NCBI GenBank assembly: GCA_003971905.1
Contig: RSEE01000060.1
Location: 62,001-126,000, forward strand
DNA: 64,000 nt
Source: Moniliella sp. 'wahieum'
Lineage: Eukaryota
Direction of reading: 5' to 3'
Shown here: positions 1 through 12,574 of the stretch, piece after piece
How positions within the stretch are numbered: the stretch's first letter is position 1
Layout: each line of letters begins with the position of its first letter
Made by a program: the position numbers and the translations under genes
Notes under the pieces: model-generated
What the model saw: the letters and a program-made list of their open reading frames with translations, nothing else
Database searches by the model: none
What the model was told of the DNA's origin: nothing

Positions 1-1110
1 ACCGTGGACGGTAACCGGGGTAACCGGTTATACGTATAACCCGTAACGCGTAAACGTTAAATGGTGGAGGGCTAGTACGTTTTGTGACATGTGACATCTA
101 AAAGTACACCGAGTCGTGTGTACACCACAGCGATTGTGGGTTTGAGAAGGACCGTTACACGCTACGCGTTACATCATACCATACCGGGTTACTCGGTCAC
201 ATGTTGCACGCTACATGGATGTTCCGAGTCACTATCGCCTGTGGGCACACCGAAGCACCCAGATGCATCCAGAGGCTGTGAAGGGCACGATTGGGGGGGG
301 GGAAAGTGGGAGACACTCGCTATGAGTCTCGATCCATTTAGATCTTAGAGAAAGTGTGCATATACGTACCATAGCGTAGAATAGCATGATGCATGGGTCA
401 GATGAAGCTTGGAGCTTGAAGCTCTTGAAGCTTGAAGCTTGAAGGCCGGAATAGTGGCACAATAATCTGAAGCTTTTGAAGCTTGAAGAAGCTTGAAGAT
501 GTTTTGCCGCCGTGTGATAAAGTGTTTCTGCCACAAGCATATGTGGATTGGTTATCTCGATCATCGATTATCGACTAATCTACCATGCACAACTGCACGA
601 TGTATAGGCACGAGATCGTTGAACGTTGACACATTGACCGTTGATACGTTGATCGACCTAGGAAGAGAAATATATTGGACCCATGTGGATTCAACATATA
701 TTCAACACGGCTGAAGTTCAACGTTGTTCAGCCTTGAAAACGTACGTTCAACGTTCAACGTTCAACGTTCAACATTCGCTGTTCACTATAGTTACCTAGT
801 TACCGGTTACCGGCACATGCACAACTTGAACAGGTCCTTTATGACGGAGAAGACATAACGTTCACGACGTTCATGTCATGATGAACAAGTTCATCGATTC
901 ATTTTCATCGAATGCATCGATCCTCGCTCAGGCGCTCAGCTGAGCGCTGCTCGTCGAGTGATTATCGAGAGTATCGATAAACCATCTGCGTCGTTAACGT
1001 CATTAACGTCATTAATCATCGACCTCTTGAATATGGTGGACTGTGGCGAGCGAGGCTCTCGGGAATATTAGTCGCAGTCACTAGTCACATGTCACATGTC
1101 ACATGTCACA
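1..1110. repeat. Island of 7-bp-period palindromic repeats
   Basis: AAGCTT-G x2 at 428, AACGTT-C x3 at 750, ACTAGT-C-(ACATGT-C)x3 at 1080-1107, plus degenerate ACCGGT/ACGCGT units. Confidence 0.9.
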
Positions 1111-1137
1111 CCTGGAAAGCTTATTAAAGTTGGTATC

Positions 1138-1351
1138 TGTTGGGACCCGTGGTCCCGTACTTAGGCCAAGGCGCCTCATCACCCTTCACCCCTGATTTGT
1201 CCTCCGAAGCCTCCACGTGTACTCAGGCTTGTCTGAATCCCTGTCTCTAGTGTGGCACAAGGCTTAGACCGCAACCACCACCATCGCGATTGCATTGCTC
1301 TACATTTCCAGAGGTTCTTCACCCAATCCCTTGGGTTCCTCCGGTCTTACA
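1138..1351. mobile_element. Solo LTR, family A (214 bp)
   Basis: TGTTGGG...CTTACA termini; perfect 5-bp TSD GTATC (1133-1137 and 1352-1356); near-identical to 45754-45969. Confidence 0.92.
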
Positions 1352-1489
1352 GTATCGCCGTCGATGGCCCCCCACAACGAATGGTTTTTGAACACGTTGA
1401 ACAACGATTCGATCAACTGATCAACGTGGTCAACGTCGAGTCGCACGTTGTCCGACGGATGGGTGAGAGGTTCAGCCGCTAGCCAAGGC

Positions 1490-2900
1490 ATGGTTACTCC
1501 GATTACTCCGGTTACTAGTTACTCCGGTCTAGTTACCAGTTCCATGTTGAAGCCTACGGCCTACCTATACCAGGAGATACTATGGTTACAAGTGCCAAGT
1601 AGGTACTTGTCTGTTGCTAGCGTTTACTGGTTACCTTACCATTACCAGCCTGTTGCCGGAGATGGATTATCGATTATCGAGATAGGTATATCCTGGAATC
1701 GACGGGCATCGATGATCGATGGTCGGTGATCCGGTGATCCGCGACTGTCTGAGATCTGAACCATTGGTGATCGATGATCGATGATCGATGATCTTGTTTG
1801 GGGATGCTCGATGCCAATGCCCCCCAATGCCCCGCCTGCCCGTCTTCTCCCGAGCAGGCAGAGGATGGCAGGTGCGCCGAGCGCTGTGGGCCGAACGGGC
1901 GCCTGCCCGTGCTACATACGCTGCCCTCCGTTGTACGTTGTACGCTACGCAAGTGGACCGTGGAGTGGCCGTACAGCAGAGCTAGTAGCGCCCAGACACG
2001 CAGAGCATGGGGTGGCATGGTGCGTGGTGGCGCACAGCCGCCCATGGCCCAGGCGGACGGGCTATCAGGATATCAGCACCTGAGGATATCAGTGTGACGT
2101 GGGACATGGGACATGTACATGTGATGTGCCATGTGCTCGGGGATATGTCCCGTTCAAAAGAACAAGAGAACCACCAGTTTCGGCGGCAGACAAACGGCCG
2201 CGCTCGGCGCTCAGCCTGAGCTGAGCACGCGTGCAGTAAGGGCAGTGCGCAGGGGTAGGGTGGCCCAGTGCGGTCCAATGTCCAAAGCCTAATCCGCATC
2301 CTCGGGCCCTGAGGCCCTGAGGCGCTGAGCCCGAGGCCTGATATACCGGACAGATGAGGCGCAGAAGCTAGCTGTGGCACCGCCCCAGCCCACCCCTTGG
2401 CCACCGGGGCACAAATGGCGGCTGTGTGTGATGTCATTGAACACCCTGCCCAGGCCAGCACACTGTGACCTGGTGCCCGATGCTTCCCTGAGGCTTCCGA
2501 AGCTTCAAGCGAAGCCTCAAGCTCTCAAGCGGCAAGACTGCAGTCGATTGGCTGGGCAGCACCGAACGCAACGCCCTGAGGCCGAGGCCCTGAGGAGTAG
2601 TACCCGATAGGCTGAGTTAGCAGTTAGCAGTTGCTAGTTGCTAGTTACTAGTTATCGGGCATCGGCTACCGCTTGCCGGACTAACAACATGTACCAGTTC
2701 CTAACTCCCCTGTGCGCTCGAGGCGCTCCGGGCCTGAGGAGGCTGGGGCCCTGAGGCCTGGGCCTGAGCGCCTGAGCGCCTGGGCCCTGGATGCACATGG
2801 CCTCAGCCTGAGGGCCTGAGGCAGCCTGAGGTCTGGTGCCCGGTGCCATGAGATCTGATCCCTGGGATCGATGAGATCGATGACGCTTCAAGCTTCAAGC
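1490..2900. repeat. Island of 7-bp-period palindromic repeats
   Basis: ATCGAT-G x3 at 1770-1790; degenerate AGGCCT-G/AGCGCT-G runs at 2300-2340 and 2730-2830; CTAGTT runs at 2615-2655; GCTTCAAGCTTCAAGC at about 2885. Confidence 0.85.
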
Positions 2901-3052
2901 CCCGAGCCGCCGAACCGCTGAGGGAGGGTCCGCCACCCCCCTAAAACCAAACCCATGTCAGAAAAAGATACAAAAGGGGCCCTGTTCTCGTCCTGACTCC
3001 GTGTTCCCCACCGCCACCGTTCTCCTCTCTCCTCTCCCCCACCTCTCGCACC

Positions 3053-3244
3053 ATGAAGTTCTCCTTTGTCGCTATCTTTGCCGTTGTGGCCGCTGTTGCC
3101 GTCTCGGCTGCTCCAGCCCCCCCCCCTGCTCCTGAGGGTGGTACGTGGCTTGCATCCTTACTCTTGGGATTCGTTTTTCATTAATCGTTGTTGCTGACAT
3201 GCTTTTGACCCGCAGACATGTGGTGCCAGGGCTGCGCCCGCTAA
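3053..3244 (+). CDS. Small secreted peptide precursor, 38 aa, two exons (3053-3140, 3216-3244): MKFSFVAIFAVVAAVAVSAAPAPPPAPEGDMWCQGCAR
   Basis: CACCATG start after a CT-rich leader; classic signal peptide; intron GTACGT(3141)..GCTGAC..CAG(3215); splicing keeps frame and ends at TAA 3242-3244. Confidence 0.8.
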
Positions 3245-4948
3245 ATTGGCAAGATCCCAATCTGGGACTCCCACGCGGTGCACCCGTCGTCTTGGAGTTT
3301 GCCTTGTGCCACTTCCTTGATTCTTGTTCTTTTCCTACCCTCTCTTCTTGTCTATCTTGTCGCCAGGTGTATAGGCTTTGGGCCACGTGCAATGTAGCTT
3401 GAACGTCTTAACGTCTTGAACGTGGGAATGCTTTAAACCCCTATATCCTTCAGGATGTGAGCGCTTCGTGCTGTAGTCATCAGTTTGGATCTCCACACAG
3501 CCGAACTATTGCAATGGGTTTGAGCGCGTTTTGGGAACGGCGGGTTGCGTACATTACTTGGGCGACATGCGCCACACCATGGAATCTTCAACACCAAGCA
3601 GCCGAACTGATTCAGCAGAAGTTTCGAGCAAAACGGACCCACCACTTTTCCCATGCCTTAGATGTTACACACAGTCCTCACACCACAATGGACAAGAGGT
3701 CCGGTGGACTGAGAAAGAAGATGGAAAGGCGCGCTGAGATGGTGGGCCCGATGGCGAGAAAACGGTGGCAGAATAGACTCCTAGACGAGGTCATGGGACG
3801 AGCCCCGAGGAGGCATCCGCCCCTACAGTTTAGGGGAGTACAAAGGCCCTGCTCAAGTCCATGTCTGCCGTCTGCCGCGACCTGCGGCGGCCCGCGTGGC
3901 CCGCTCCTCAGGTCCTAGTTCAAGTCCTCCCAGATCCGGGCTCATCCCATTGGCCATTTCCTCGGACACGTCTTCACCGTCTCTGGTTCATACATGACGC
4001 ATCATCGAGCAGCGTTGTAGAAGGCCGAATGACGTCTCACTGGTAGAGATTCTCCTCTACCATGCATGACACGAACCGTACACCGCATACTTGACAAGGC
4101 TGTGTGCCTTTACAGTGAACCCATGACCACATAGTACTGCGCTTCATGCTTCAACCCCCGACTAGCCAGCCTGACACATTAACCGAAGAGACCACACCTC
4201 GTTTGCAACCACAAGCTCCTCTTCATCTGCTGCAGCTGCGCAGATAGGGGAATGCGAGTTCGTAAAACGACCTGGTCTCATTACGTCTCGCGTGTCATCC
4301 TGTGCGCCTCCTTTTTCCTTCTCGTTTCACAATAAAGGAGGTTGAATGATGCCGCAATGGGACAAACAACGTGTGATGAGATGCAGGAAAGCTATGCGCT
4401 GTTAATAGTCCAGTCGCCTTTGGATTGTACAGGCGGCCAAAAAGCTGTTCCCCCACTTCAAGGACAGGCAACTGTGTCTCTTCTTAGTTGCCTCTTCGCT
4501 ATCATTTGCCCTTGCCTTCCAGCTTCGGTCTCTCCCCGCCCATAACAGCTCTCTAGCGTCACGTCGCGTGGATCCGCTTCTAGCCACGTCGGAACAAAGT
4601 CCCTGGCATCCTTTCGGATTTAATTTGGGGCCTCTCGCGTTCCTGATACTCCTGTTTTAATACTGTGGAAGCTTGGGACACTCACGATCCAAGGCCAGAT
4701 GGAAGAAGGCCGGTAGTTACACTGAAAGAGCGATGCCGTCGCTCGCAAGGGATGCTAAATGCAGGCACGTACTATCGTAGCTTGATTCGAGGAACGAGCT
4801 AGAGACGCACCAGAGGCTACGTGCAGGTCAAGCAAATGGCAAGTTGGCCGAGCGCGCACCCAACTCAAGCCACCGACCATCGAAGGGCAGCGCGCGGGAC
4901 AGATGGCCCAAAGAAAGGGGACAAGTCAGGTCAAAACCGTACATCCAT

Positions 4949-5805
4949 TTAGGCTGCCTCCTCGGCCGCCGGAGCCTCTGGCGCTGGGGCGGCAGCTGCA
5001 GGTGCGGCGGCCTCGGCGGTAGGTTCAGCTTCAGTCTCCTGCATGTCCGACGTCCAGAGCGTCAGGTTGTCCCGGAGCAACTGCATGATGAGTGTCGAGT
5101 CCTTGTAGCTCTCTTCGCTGAGCGTGTCGAGCTCGGCAATGGCGTCGTCGAACGCCTGCTTGGCAAGGTGGCACGCGCGGTCGGAGAGTTGAGGATTTCA
5201 TAGTAGAACACGGAGAAGTTGAGTGCCAAACCGAGACGAATGGGATGGGTCGAGGCGAGCTCAGCAGCAGCCACGTCAGAGGCTGCCTTGTACGCCTCGA
5301 GCGATTTGTCAGCACTGTCCTTGCGCGTCTCGCCCGTGGCAAACTCGGCGAGGTAGCGGTGGTAGTCGCCCTTCATCTTGTAGTAGAACACTTTGCTCTC
5401 GCCCGACGCGGCCGAGGGAATAAGGTGCTTGTCCAGTACGCTGAGAATGTCCTCACATACCTTGGCCAGTTCGGCCTCGATCTTCTCGCGGTACGCCTTG
5501 ATGATGGCGACCTGGGCAGTGTTGCCCTTGCTCTCCTCCTTCTGCTCGATGGAGGAGACAATGCGCCACGAGGCACGGCGAGCACCAATGACATTCTTGT
5601 AGGCGACCGAGAGCAGGTTGCGCTCCTCGACAGTCAGCTCTTGGTCGGCCGACGCGACGGCCTTCATGCTCTCGACCATCTCTGGGGGAGGGGTCAGGAC
5701 GGGGGGGCAAGGCAGGGCGCAGGGCGCAGGGGGGCACGTACCATCGTAGCGCTCGGCCTGCTCAGCGAGCTTGGCGAGGTAGACGTTGTCGGCGTGGGTG
5801 CTCAT
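4949..5805 (-). CDS. BMH1: 14-3-3 protein (Bmh1/Rad24 family)
   Basis: [54 protein letters not shown]; 60-nt intron 5682-5741; one frameshift near 5180. Confidence 0.98.
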
Positions 5806-6422
5806 GGGGGGGCTGGGCTGGATCGGCAGGGGCGGTGGTGGTGGTGTGGTCGGGGGCTGCTCGGGCTGGCTGGGCTGGGACGGGATGGCGGACCGGAGGG
5901 GTTAGTGAGTACGCCGGGCCCAGGGCCCAGCACGCAGCCCGCAGCAGCGCCCTCGCGCCGCTGGCCCAGCGCTCAGCGCTCACGCGCTGGCTGGCCCGAC
6001 TGCCCCTGCCTCCCGCGGGCCCAGAGCGAGGGGCGCGCCGGCAGCCCCCGCGCTGGGCGCACTGGGTGCAGCAGGGGTGCACTGCTGCACTGGGCCTGCA
6101 CCGGCTGCGCGCGTGCGCGCCACTTGGGCCGGCTGCTTGTCGCTGGGCCACGCCAGAGCCACGCCGTGCCTGCCTTGGCCTGCCTCGGCGCACCCGGCCA
6201 CGAGGGGGGGGTGTGACAGCTCCCACATCACATGTCGCGTGCGACTGGCAGCAGGCACGTGACGCGCGCATGCCCCCGTGCAGCTTACATCAGCAGGACA
6301 CTTGCCGGGGAGCAGCCCAGGCACAAATTTGCTGTTGGGAGGCACGTCCACATCGGCCCTCCACTCTGACCGGCAATCGCCGCGCGCCATCCGCCTGCCT
6401 GCGCCCCCTGCCTCTGCGCACC

Positions 6423-8186
6423 ATGAGGCTGCTCCGCATCGCCTTCCTCGCCCTCGGCGCTGCTGCTGCCGCCACCACCGCCACCGCCCTTTCCATCCAC
6501 TCCTCTCCCCGCCCCCCGCCTCCTCCTCCGCCTCCTCCGCCGACCACCCCCACCCCGTCGTCGTTTGGCATGGGCTCGGCGACAGTGCCCAGTCCGAGGG
6601 CATGACTGGCTTTGCCGATGCCCTGCGGGAGGCCTACCCCGGCATCTTTGTCCATCTCGTCGCTCTCGCCGACACGGCAGCGGCGGACCAGCGGGCGACG
6701 CTGTTTGGTCTGGTCAACGACCAGGTGGCGCAGGTGTGCGAGCAGCTGGCGTCCATCCCCGAGCTGCAGGACGGATTCGATGCGATTGGCTTCTCGCAAG
6801 GCGGGCAGTTCATGCGTGCATATGTGGAGCGCTGCAATGCGCCGCCTGTCCGCAACCTCATCACGTTTGGCAGTCAGCACATGGGCATTGCCGGTCTGCC
6901 CCCTGTGCGCCGCGCGACTTGCTGTGCCGCGCAGCGTCGGGCATGCTCCGCAACGGCGTCAACACCGACTATGCCCAGTCCCACGTCGTCACCGCGCAGT
7001 ACTACCGCAATCCGCGTAGCCCTGCCGAGTTTGAGGGCTACCTGGCCCACAACCACTTTTTGCTTGACATCAACAACGAGCTCGAGGTCAACGAGTCGTA
7101 CAAGCGCCGTCTCTCCAGCCTGTCCAACTTCATCATGGTCGTATTTTCCGAGGAGCAAACTGTGGTGCCCAAAGAGAGCGGCTGGTTCGCCGCCTACCCC
7201 CTGGCCGAGGCGGACGAGCCCGTGGATCTTCCCCCCGTTCCGTTGCGGGAGAGCTCGATCTACAAGGACGACCGGCTTGGCCTCCAATCGCTTGATCGCC
7301 GCGGAGCGCTCGTCTTCGAGACGTGCGAGGGCCCGCACATGTCTATTGATCCGGCGTGCCAAGATAAGATTCTAGGGCGCTGGCTGGGTACGCCCGCGTC
7401 GCAATTTGCCCAGTGGGAGGGGCGGCCAACGGCGAGTGTTCTGAGTCATCTTGGGTGGCCTGAGACTGGTTCTTGGCGCTGGCCACAGTGCACTTTCATG
7501 AGCAACCCAGATGGCTCTCGTCGTCTACGCATCGAGCCGGCTGCGTCCGCTCATGTAGCCCACTCGAAGGAGCATGCCCCCTTCCCCCCCATCGACATTG
7601 ACTATACCACGGCCGAGCTCGTTGCTGTGGTCATCCTTGTTGTCCTGATCTCATTGCTGTTCTGGAAAGCTGTGATTGTGATTCTGATGGTTATTCTTAC
7701 TGCCATTCTCTTCCCTGGGTTGGTCGGTGCTGTTCTTGCCTTGCCGCTGGTCATGGTCGCGTTCCTGGTGGGGTGCGTGATTTACCTCCCGTTTGCGCTG
7801 ATTGCTTCCCTGGTCCGCCGAAGGACGCAGCCCCAAGGCATTCTGCTCCCCTACCATCCCGCGTGGGAACCAAGGCGACCGACTACGTACGGTGCCGTCG
7901 GCCCGGCCGTCTTTGTCCAGGGCGTTCGTCCACCTCAGCCCGTCCCGCACCCTCACCCAACTCCTGTTCCGTCCCATCCCCCCACCCCCTAGCTCGTGCC
8001 CCTCAACCATCTTCGTCTACGGTTGCACCCGATGTGGAAGCCGCCCCCCCCAGCTACGACGAGGTGGTCTGTTTCACCTCTTCCCCGCAAGTGAACCCCG
8101 TGACGTATGTCGGTCAGCGGGGGGTGCTTGTCCAGCCGTCATCTCAGGATTGGTTGGTCAAAGTGTTTCCCCCCCTGTTCCTCTAA
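6423..8186 (+). CDS. PPT1: Palmitoyl-protein thioesterase (PPT1 family) with signal peptide and C-terminal hydrophobic/Pro-rich extension
   Basis: MRLLRIAFLALGAAAA signal; PVVVWHGLGDS, DAIGFSQGGQFMRAY, NLITFGSQHMG, QYYRNP, TVVPKESGWF, GPHM across frames; stop either 7992 or, with one more frameshift, 8186. Confidence 0.9.
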
Positions 8187-9008
8187 GTTGTTTCCATGTT
8201 GATATCAGTTCGATGTGTTGTTCAAACCCCCCACCCCACCCCCCCATTCCAGCTGTACACTTGTCAGCACGTTGCATGGATTTTGTCCTCGCGATCCCAT
8301 TCCCCAATTGTCCGTGACATGTGGCACTCCTCTACTGGCTTTCCTTACCGCTGAGGGCTGAGGGTTGAGGCCGGTGACCACGGTCCTCGCCCCGAACCCA
8401 TTCCCCATTCGTGGTCTACGCTCCAGACGATGCAGGCGAAAGCTTCTCTGCCGTTCTGGCGGTGGCGCTATTTGTTGTAGGATCAATTTCGTTTTTTCCC
8501 ATCTAATCCCGCTCGCGGCGCGGGGCATGACCTCAGGCCAGAACAGGTCCTCCCTCGTAGTTTGAGGTCAGCTCAGTTCCCATGGCTGCACGCTCAATGA
8601 CGCGGACGGAGAATCGTTGTTGTACCCAAAGTAGAAGGCCGGCCATCCACGTTGCGGCAGCATGGGGGGAATGATGCAGAGGTATGTGTATGGACCATAG
8701 AAGGTGTAAGGTGTAAGCAGATAGCGAAACGCACACTTCAGTCTGAAGCTTGAGCTTTAGCTCCACGCCGGGCCGTCGCCGCGGGAACGACTCGCCTATT
8801 GGTAGCCGGTACCGTTTCCTGCGGGTGTGTGCAATGAGACGAGGGGGAGCTGGTCTGGGGGGTCGGGAGCAGGTGGCTCGAGCTGGCCCATGCTGCGCCA
8901 AAGGCGGGGAACAGCCATTGCAGGGGCACGGCGGGGCAATCTGCAACACTTGTACAGACAGCTGGGATAACTAGTAACTAGGGGTGGCAGACTGGATCAG
9001 TTCTCCTT

Positions 9009-9048
9009 GAGCTTGAGCTTGAGCTTGAGCTTGAGCTTGAGCTTGAGC
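9009..9048. repeat. (GAGCTT)n hexanucleotide microsatellite
   Basis: About 6.5 perfect tandem copies. Confidence 0.95.
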
Positions 9049-9406
9049 GTGTGAGCCTGGGACTGAACTTGAGCTGCTCAAACGTCAACTTGAGTTGGGC
9101 AGAGCCCCGCTGCAGCTGAACCTTGAGCCTCCAACCTAGCTACGGACGTGCGACTGTGCTGGTACGTCGCCCGACAGATCTGCATGCATTGTAACGAGGT
9201 GCTGTCGGGCAGGATGACAGGCAAGCTCTGGTCCTGACCTTAACCTAACCTGGGCCCTGGGCTAACGGGTGGAAGAGCAAAATGGGGGGCTAAACAGCGA
9301 GACTCCACCCGCTGGGGAGCAGGCGGTTGGAAACCCCAAGAGGCCCTGGGCGGGGGAGGAGGGAAGAGGAGGGAGGGAGGGGGGGTAAACAATGTCGAAC
9401 CAACGA

Positions 9407-12400
9407 TTAGGTCACGATTCCATTGGGGGGCGCCTTGAGCCATGGCACGTTCGCGTAGTCCCGGGTATTCTTCATCACGTCTGTGCCCCACCAGCGCACC
9501 TGGATCGAGCCGTCCCGTGGCAGCTGCAAGGCAAGGAAGATGATGATGCTGGCGATCGCCGCGCCGGCATCAAGCGCGGCCGAAGTAATGTACTGGTACC
9601 GGTCCCAGAATTGAAGGAAGTGTGGCGGACAAACCATTGGGTGAGGATGTTGGGAATGATAAAGACCACATTGACCGGTGTCGAGGAAGGGATAAAGGTA
9701 GCAGCCAGCAGCAAGACCGGTGCCGACACATACTCAATTTGCGGTCGGGTCTTGCCCACAAACCAAATCGGGATGGGCAACAGTGCCCCCCCAACATCCA
9801 CCAGTACAGCGACTGGTACAGCCCACTCCCGCCAAACAACCGTCGCGGCCCAATGGTGCCCCAGACAATCGAGCTGGTGTAGGCCTGCTGGGCACCGAGA
9901 CAGATCATGCCCCCCTGCTGCAGGATTGCACAGGTCGTGCACTTTCCACATCAGGAAGACTTGGTGCCGAATTGGACCGCGTACGTCCACAGCACAAACA
10001 GCGTCTGTGGCCACAATCGACACGCGCGGCGGCACCTTAAGGTAGTGTCCCATTTTGAGCGCCGAGGCATAGAGCAAAGCAATGTTGTTGACCGAGATGC
10101 AAAACGTCTTGAACAGAATGTTGGTGGAAGCCGAGCCGGGGTGCATGTAGCCTGCCACCAAGTCTGCCAGGACGTTGGTGAACGAAATAAACAGGTTGGT
10201 CTGAGCGAAGACGAGGCCGGCAGGAAGAAAAAAGATGGCGCAGATGGAAAAGGCAACGACCAAACTAAAGATTGGCATTTGTGTGTCCAGCCCCGTACCG
10301 CCCCAATCCCAATCACAAATCCGACCGGCAGAAAGCAAAAGTACACCCATTCAGGCACTTGCGGGTACTTGAACATCATCTTGGCGTGGATATCATCCTT
10401 CTCTGCCCGACCGTACTTGATCACACCCGCCACTGCGTTGTAGTAATGCAACACAAAGTGGACAAGGAGAGCCATGGGCATGGCAAGGCCAGCGCCATAG
10501 ATGAGATAGAACCCGTAGGAAAGAAAGGCTGGGGAGTAGGCATCGTACTTTTCCTCGCTGTAGGGGCCATGGGGCCCATCCAGCAACCGGGTCACATCGT
10601 ACGCGTGTGCGTATTGTCGTACACGCCGGTTCCCAACAGAGGGAAATAACCAAAGTTGAGGCTCTGTGTACACATACAGGCAGGGTTAGTGTAAGGCGAT
10701 GACCAACGGAGAGAAAAAAGGTAAGTACACACGTTGGTGAAGAGCAAAACGGTGCCCAAAATAATCCAAAAGATGCAGTAAGCAATGGCCAGGTTCAAGC
10801 TGGTCCACCAAGGCGGGACCAAAGGCGACGTGATGGTAGAAAATCTGTGTCCAATCGAGCGACATGGGGAACAGGGCCAACCCATTTTTGAACCCAAATA
10901 TGTGGTTCACCGCGACCGAAGACGGATTGGTCCAGCATACCCAGTTGAAAAAACTCAATGCGGTAGCCAAGTAGGTTGGGATGAACTGCCAACAGGACAT
11001 GCCAACCATGAGGAACTTGAAATAGCGCAGACGAGTGAAGCCATTGATAGGTTCCTCTTCGGCGTGCAGGACATTGATAAGGAGAGAGATGGTCAAGTTG
11101 TAAGGCCAAATGGTGCTGGCTGCGCGAACGAGGAAGCGCTGGCTCAACCAGCCAATCCGATTCCAACAAACGCACTGGACCAGCTCACGAGCAGTCCCAG
11201 GGCAAAAGCGCCGCCTTTGACACGGTGGTCCCAAAAGTACTTGTTGTCGATCGAGGGAAGGATAAAGACGGGATAACTGGTGTAATTGTTAACAGTAACC
11301 ATGCTCATCTGGGCCAGTAGACCATGCTCCTTCATTGTCCACTCGCCCGGGTTGAGGTCGACAGTGGCCCCTTCCCCGAACAGGAAGGAAGGTAAGGGAA
11401 TCTTGACATGGGGCATGTGGCGCGCCCATGCTTTGCCCGTCGGCCAAGCAAACAAAACCATCAGCGGCGCGTCAATGTGGGAGAGGGGAAACGTAAGGTC
11501 CAATACGCATTGGCAGCGACCGAAATGGTGATGCAGGTGAAGGCAATAACCCAAACCCGCAAAGTATTGCATGCTTCGTCCACGTCGTCGCTCTGGACAC
11601 TAATCTGACCTCGACATAGGGACTGTCTTCGAATGTGGGTCTTGGAGTACGACAGTCTGCGGCCGGCGTTTGTTGGATGGTTGTGGATGGAGAGGCTGGG
11701 GGGTTCGACGTGCACGTGGTCGCTAGGGAGTTGATGTGAAGGTCTGAACCTCATCCCGCCCAGGTCGTACTTGATCTCAGACATTTCCGATTCCTCTCCA
11801 TCACCAAGACCCGCTAGGGGCGAAAAGACATCGACAGAGTGCTGGGCGCTAGGATAATGCAAGAATGCGGCTTGACGGACGCAGCGGCCAGATTGGTCCC
11901 GCTCGAAGGGGCGGTAGGGGAACTGTGGGCGACAAAGGAGAGAGGGTGGTCAAAGGTAGAATCGGCAAAAGCTTGGTTGTAGGCGGGATGATGAGCCGAT
12001 GTGGTGCGCACAGCAGCTGGAGCACCAAGTTGCTCGTCCGTGTCGTCCGCGAGCGGGGGGGCTGGAAGGCGAAAACCTGGTCGAGGTCCTCTTCGTCCGA
12101 GTCCTCCTCACATTCCTCTCGGATACGCCGGAAGTGGGCATCGTCGTCAGCGGTGTTGCGACCATGAGGATTAAGGGCGATATCAGGGCGTGTGGGGGCA
12201 ATGGCGGAAGAGAAGGCGGAAGGAGTATGATCGCCCCGGCCGCGCGTAGATGGGCGGAGGTTGGAGGTGCCGGGGCGTGCGCGGGGCCAGGCATTTGCAA
12301 ACTCGTACGCTGAAACAGGCGCAGCACCGGTGGCAGCATGGAAGAAGGCGAAGGGGGCGTCGGCGGGGGAAGGCGGCGGCGGAGGCAGTGGCGGCAGAAG

Positions 12401-12574
12401 CAGCGGGATGGTGGCTGGTGCCTGGGCGGAAGCGAGGAGGGTCGCGGCGGCCGCTGTGGCTGTGGCTGTGGCTCTCGCTGTCGGAGGCAGACGAGGGGCG
12501 GGATGGGGGTGAGGGTGGGAGGAAGGCGAAGGGCGATGGGTCGAGCGCGCCTCGTCGTCGAGCGAACCGGCCAT
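9407..12574 (-). CDS. Oligopeptide transporter (OPT family) with long low-complexity N-terminus
   Basis: CNTLRVWVI, LNPGEWTMKEHGL, IWPYNL, KDDIHAKMMFKYPQVPEW, LKMGHYLKVPPR, SSIVWGTIGPRRLF, YITSAALDAG spread over several frames; ends approximate. Confidence 0.93.

Noticed and set aside
3053..3244. Micro-peptide as a basidiomycete lipopeptide pheromone
   Set aside because: It ends C-A-R (Cys at -3, not CAAX) and has a classical signal peptide, which such pheromones lack.
5245..6880. Long overlapping and antisense ORFs around 14-3-3/PPT1 (also 11849-13044 and 53152-54036)
   Set aside because: Shadows of GC-rich real genes or promoters, with no recognisable domains.
7380..7992. PPT1 tail as the dolichyl-pyrophosphatase fusion of S. 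pombe pdf1
   Set aside because: No PAP2 phosphatase motifs (RP, PSGH, SRxxxxxH) are visible.
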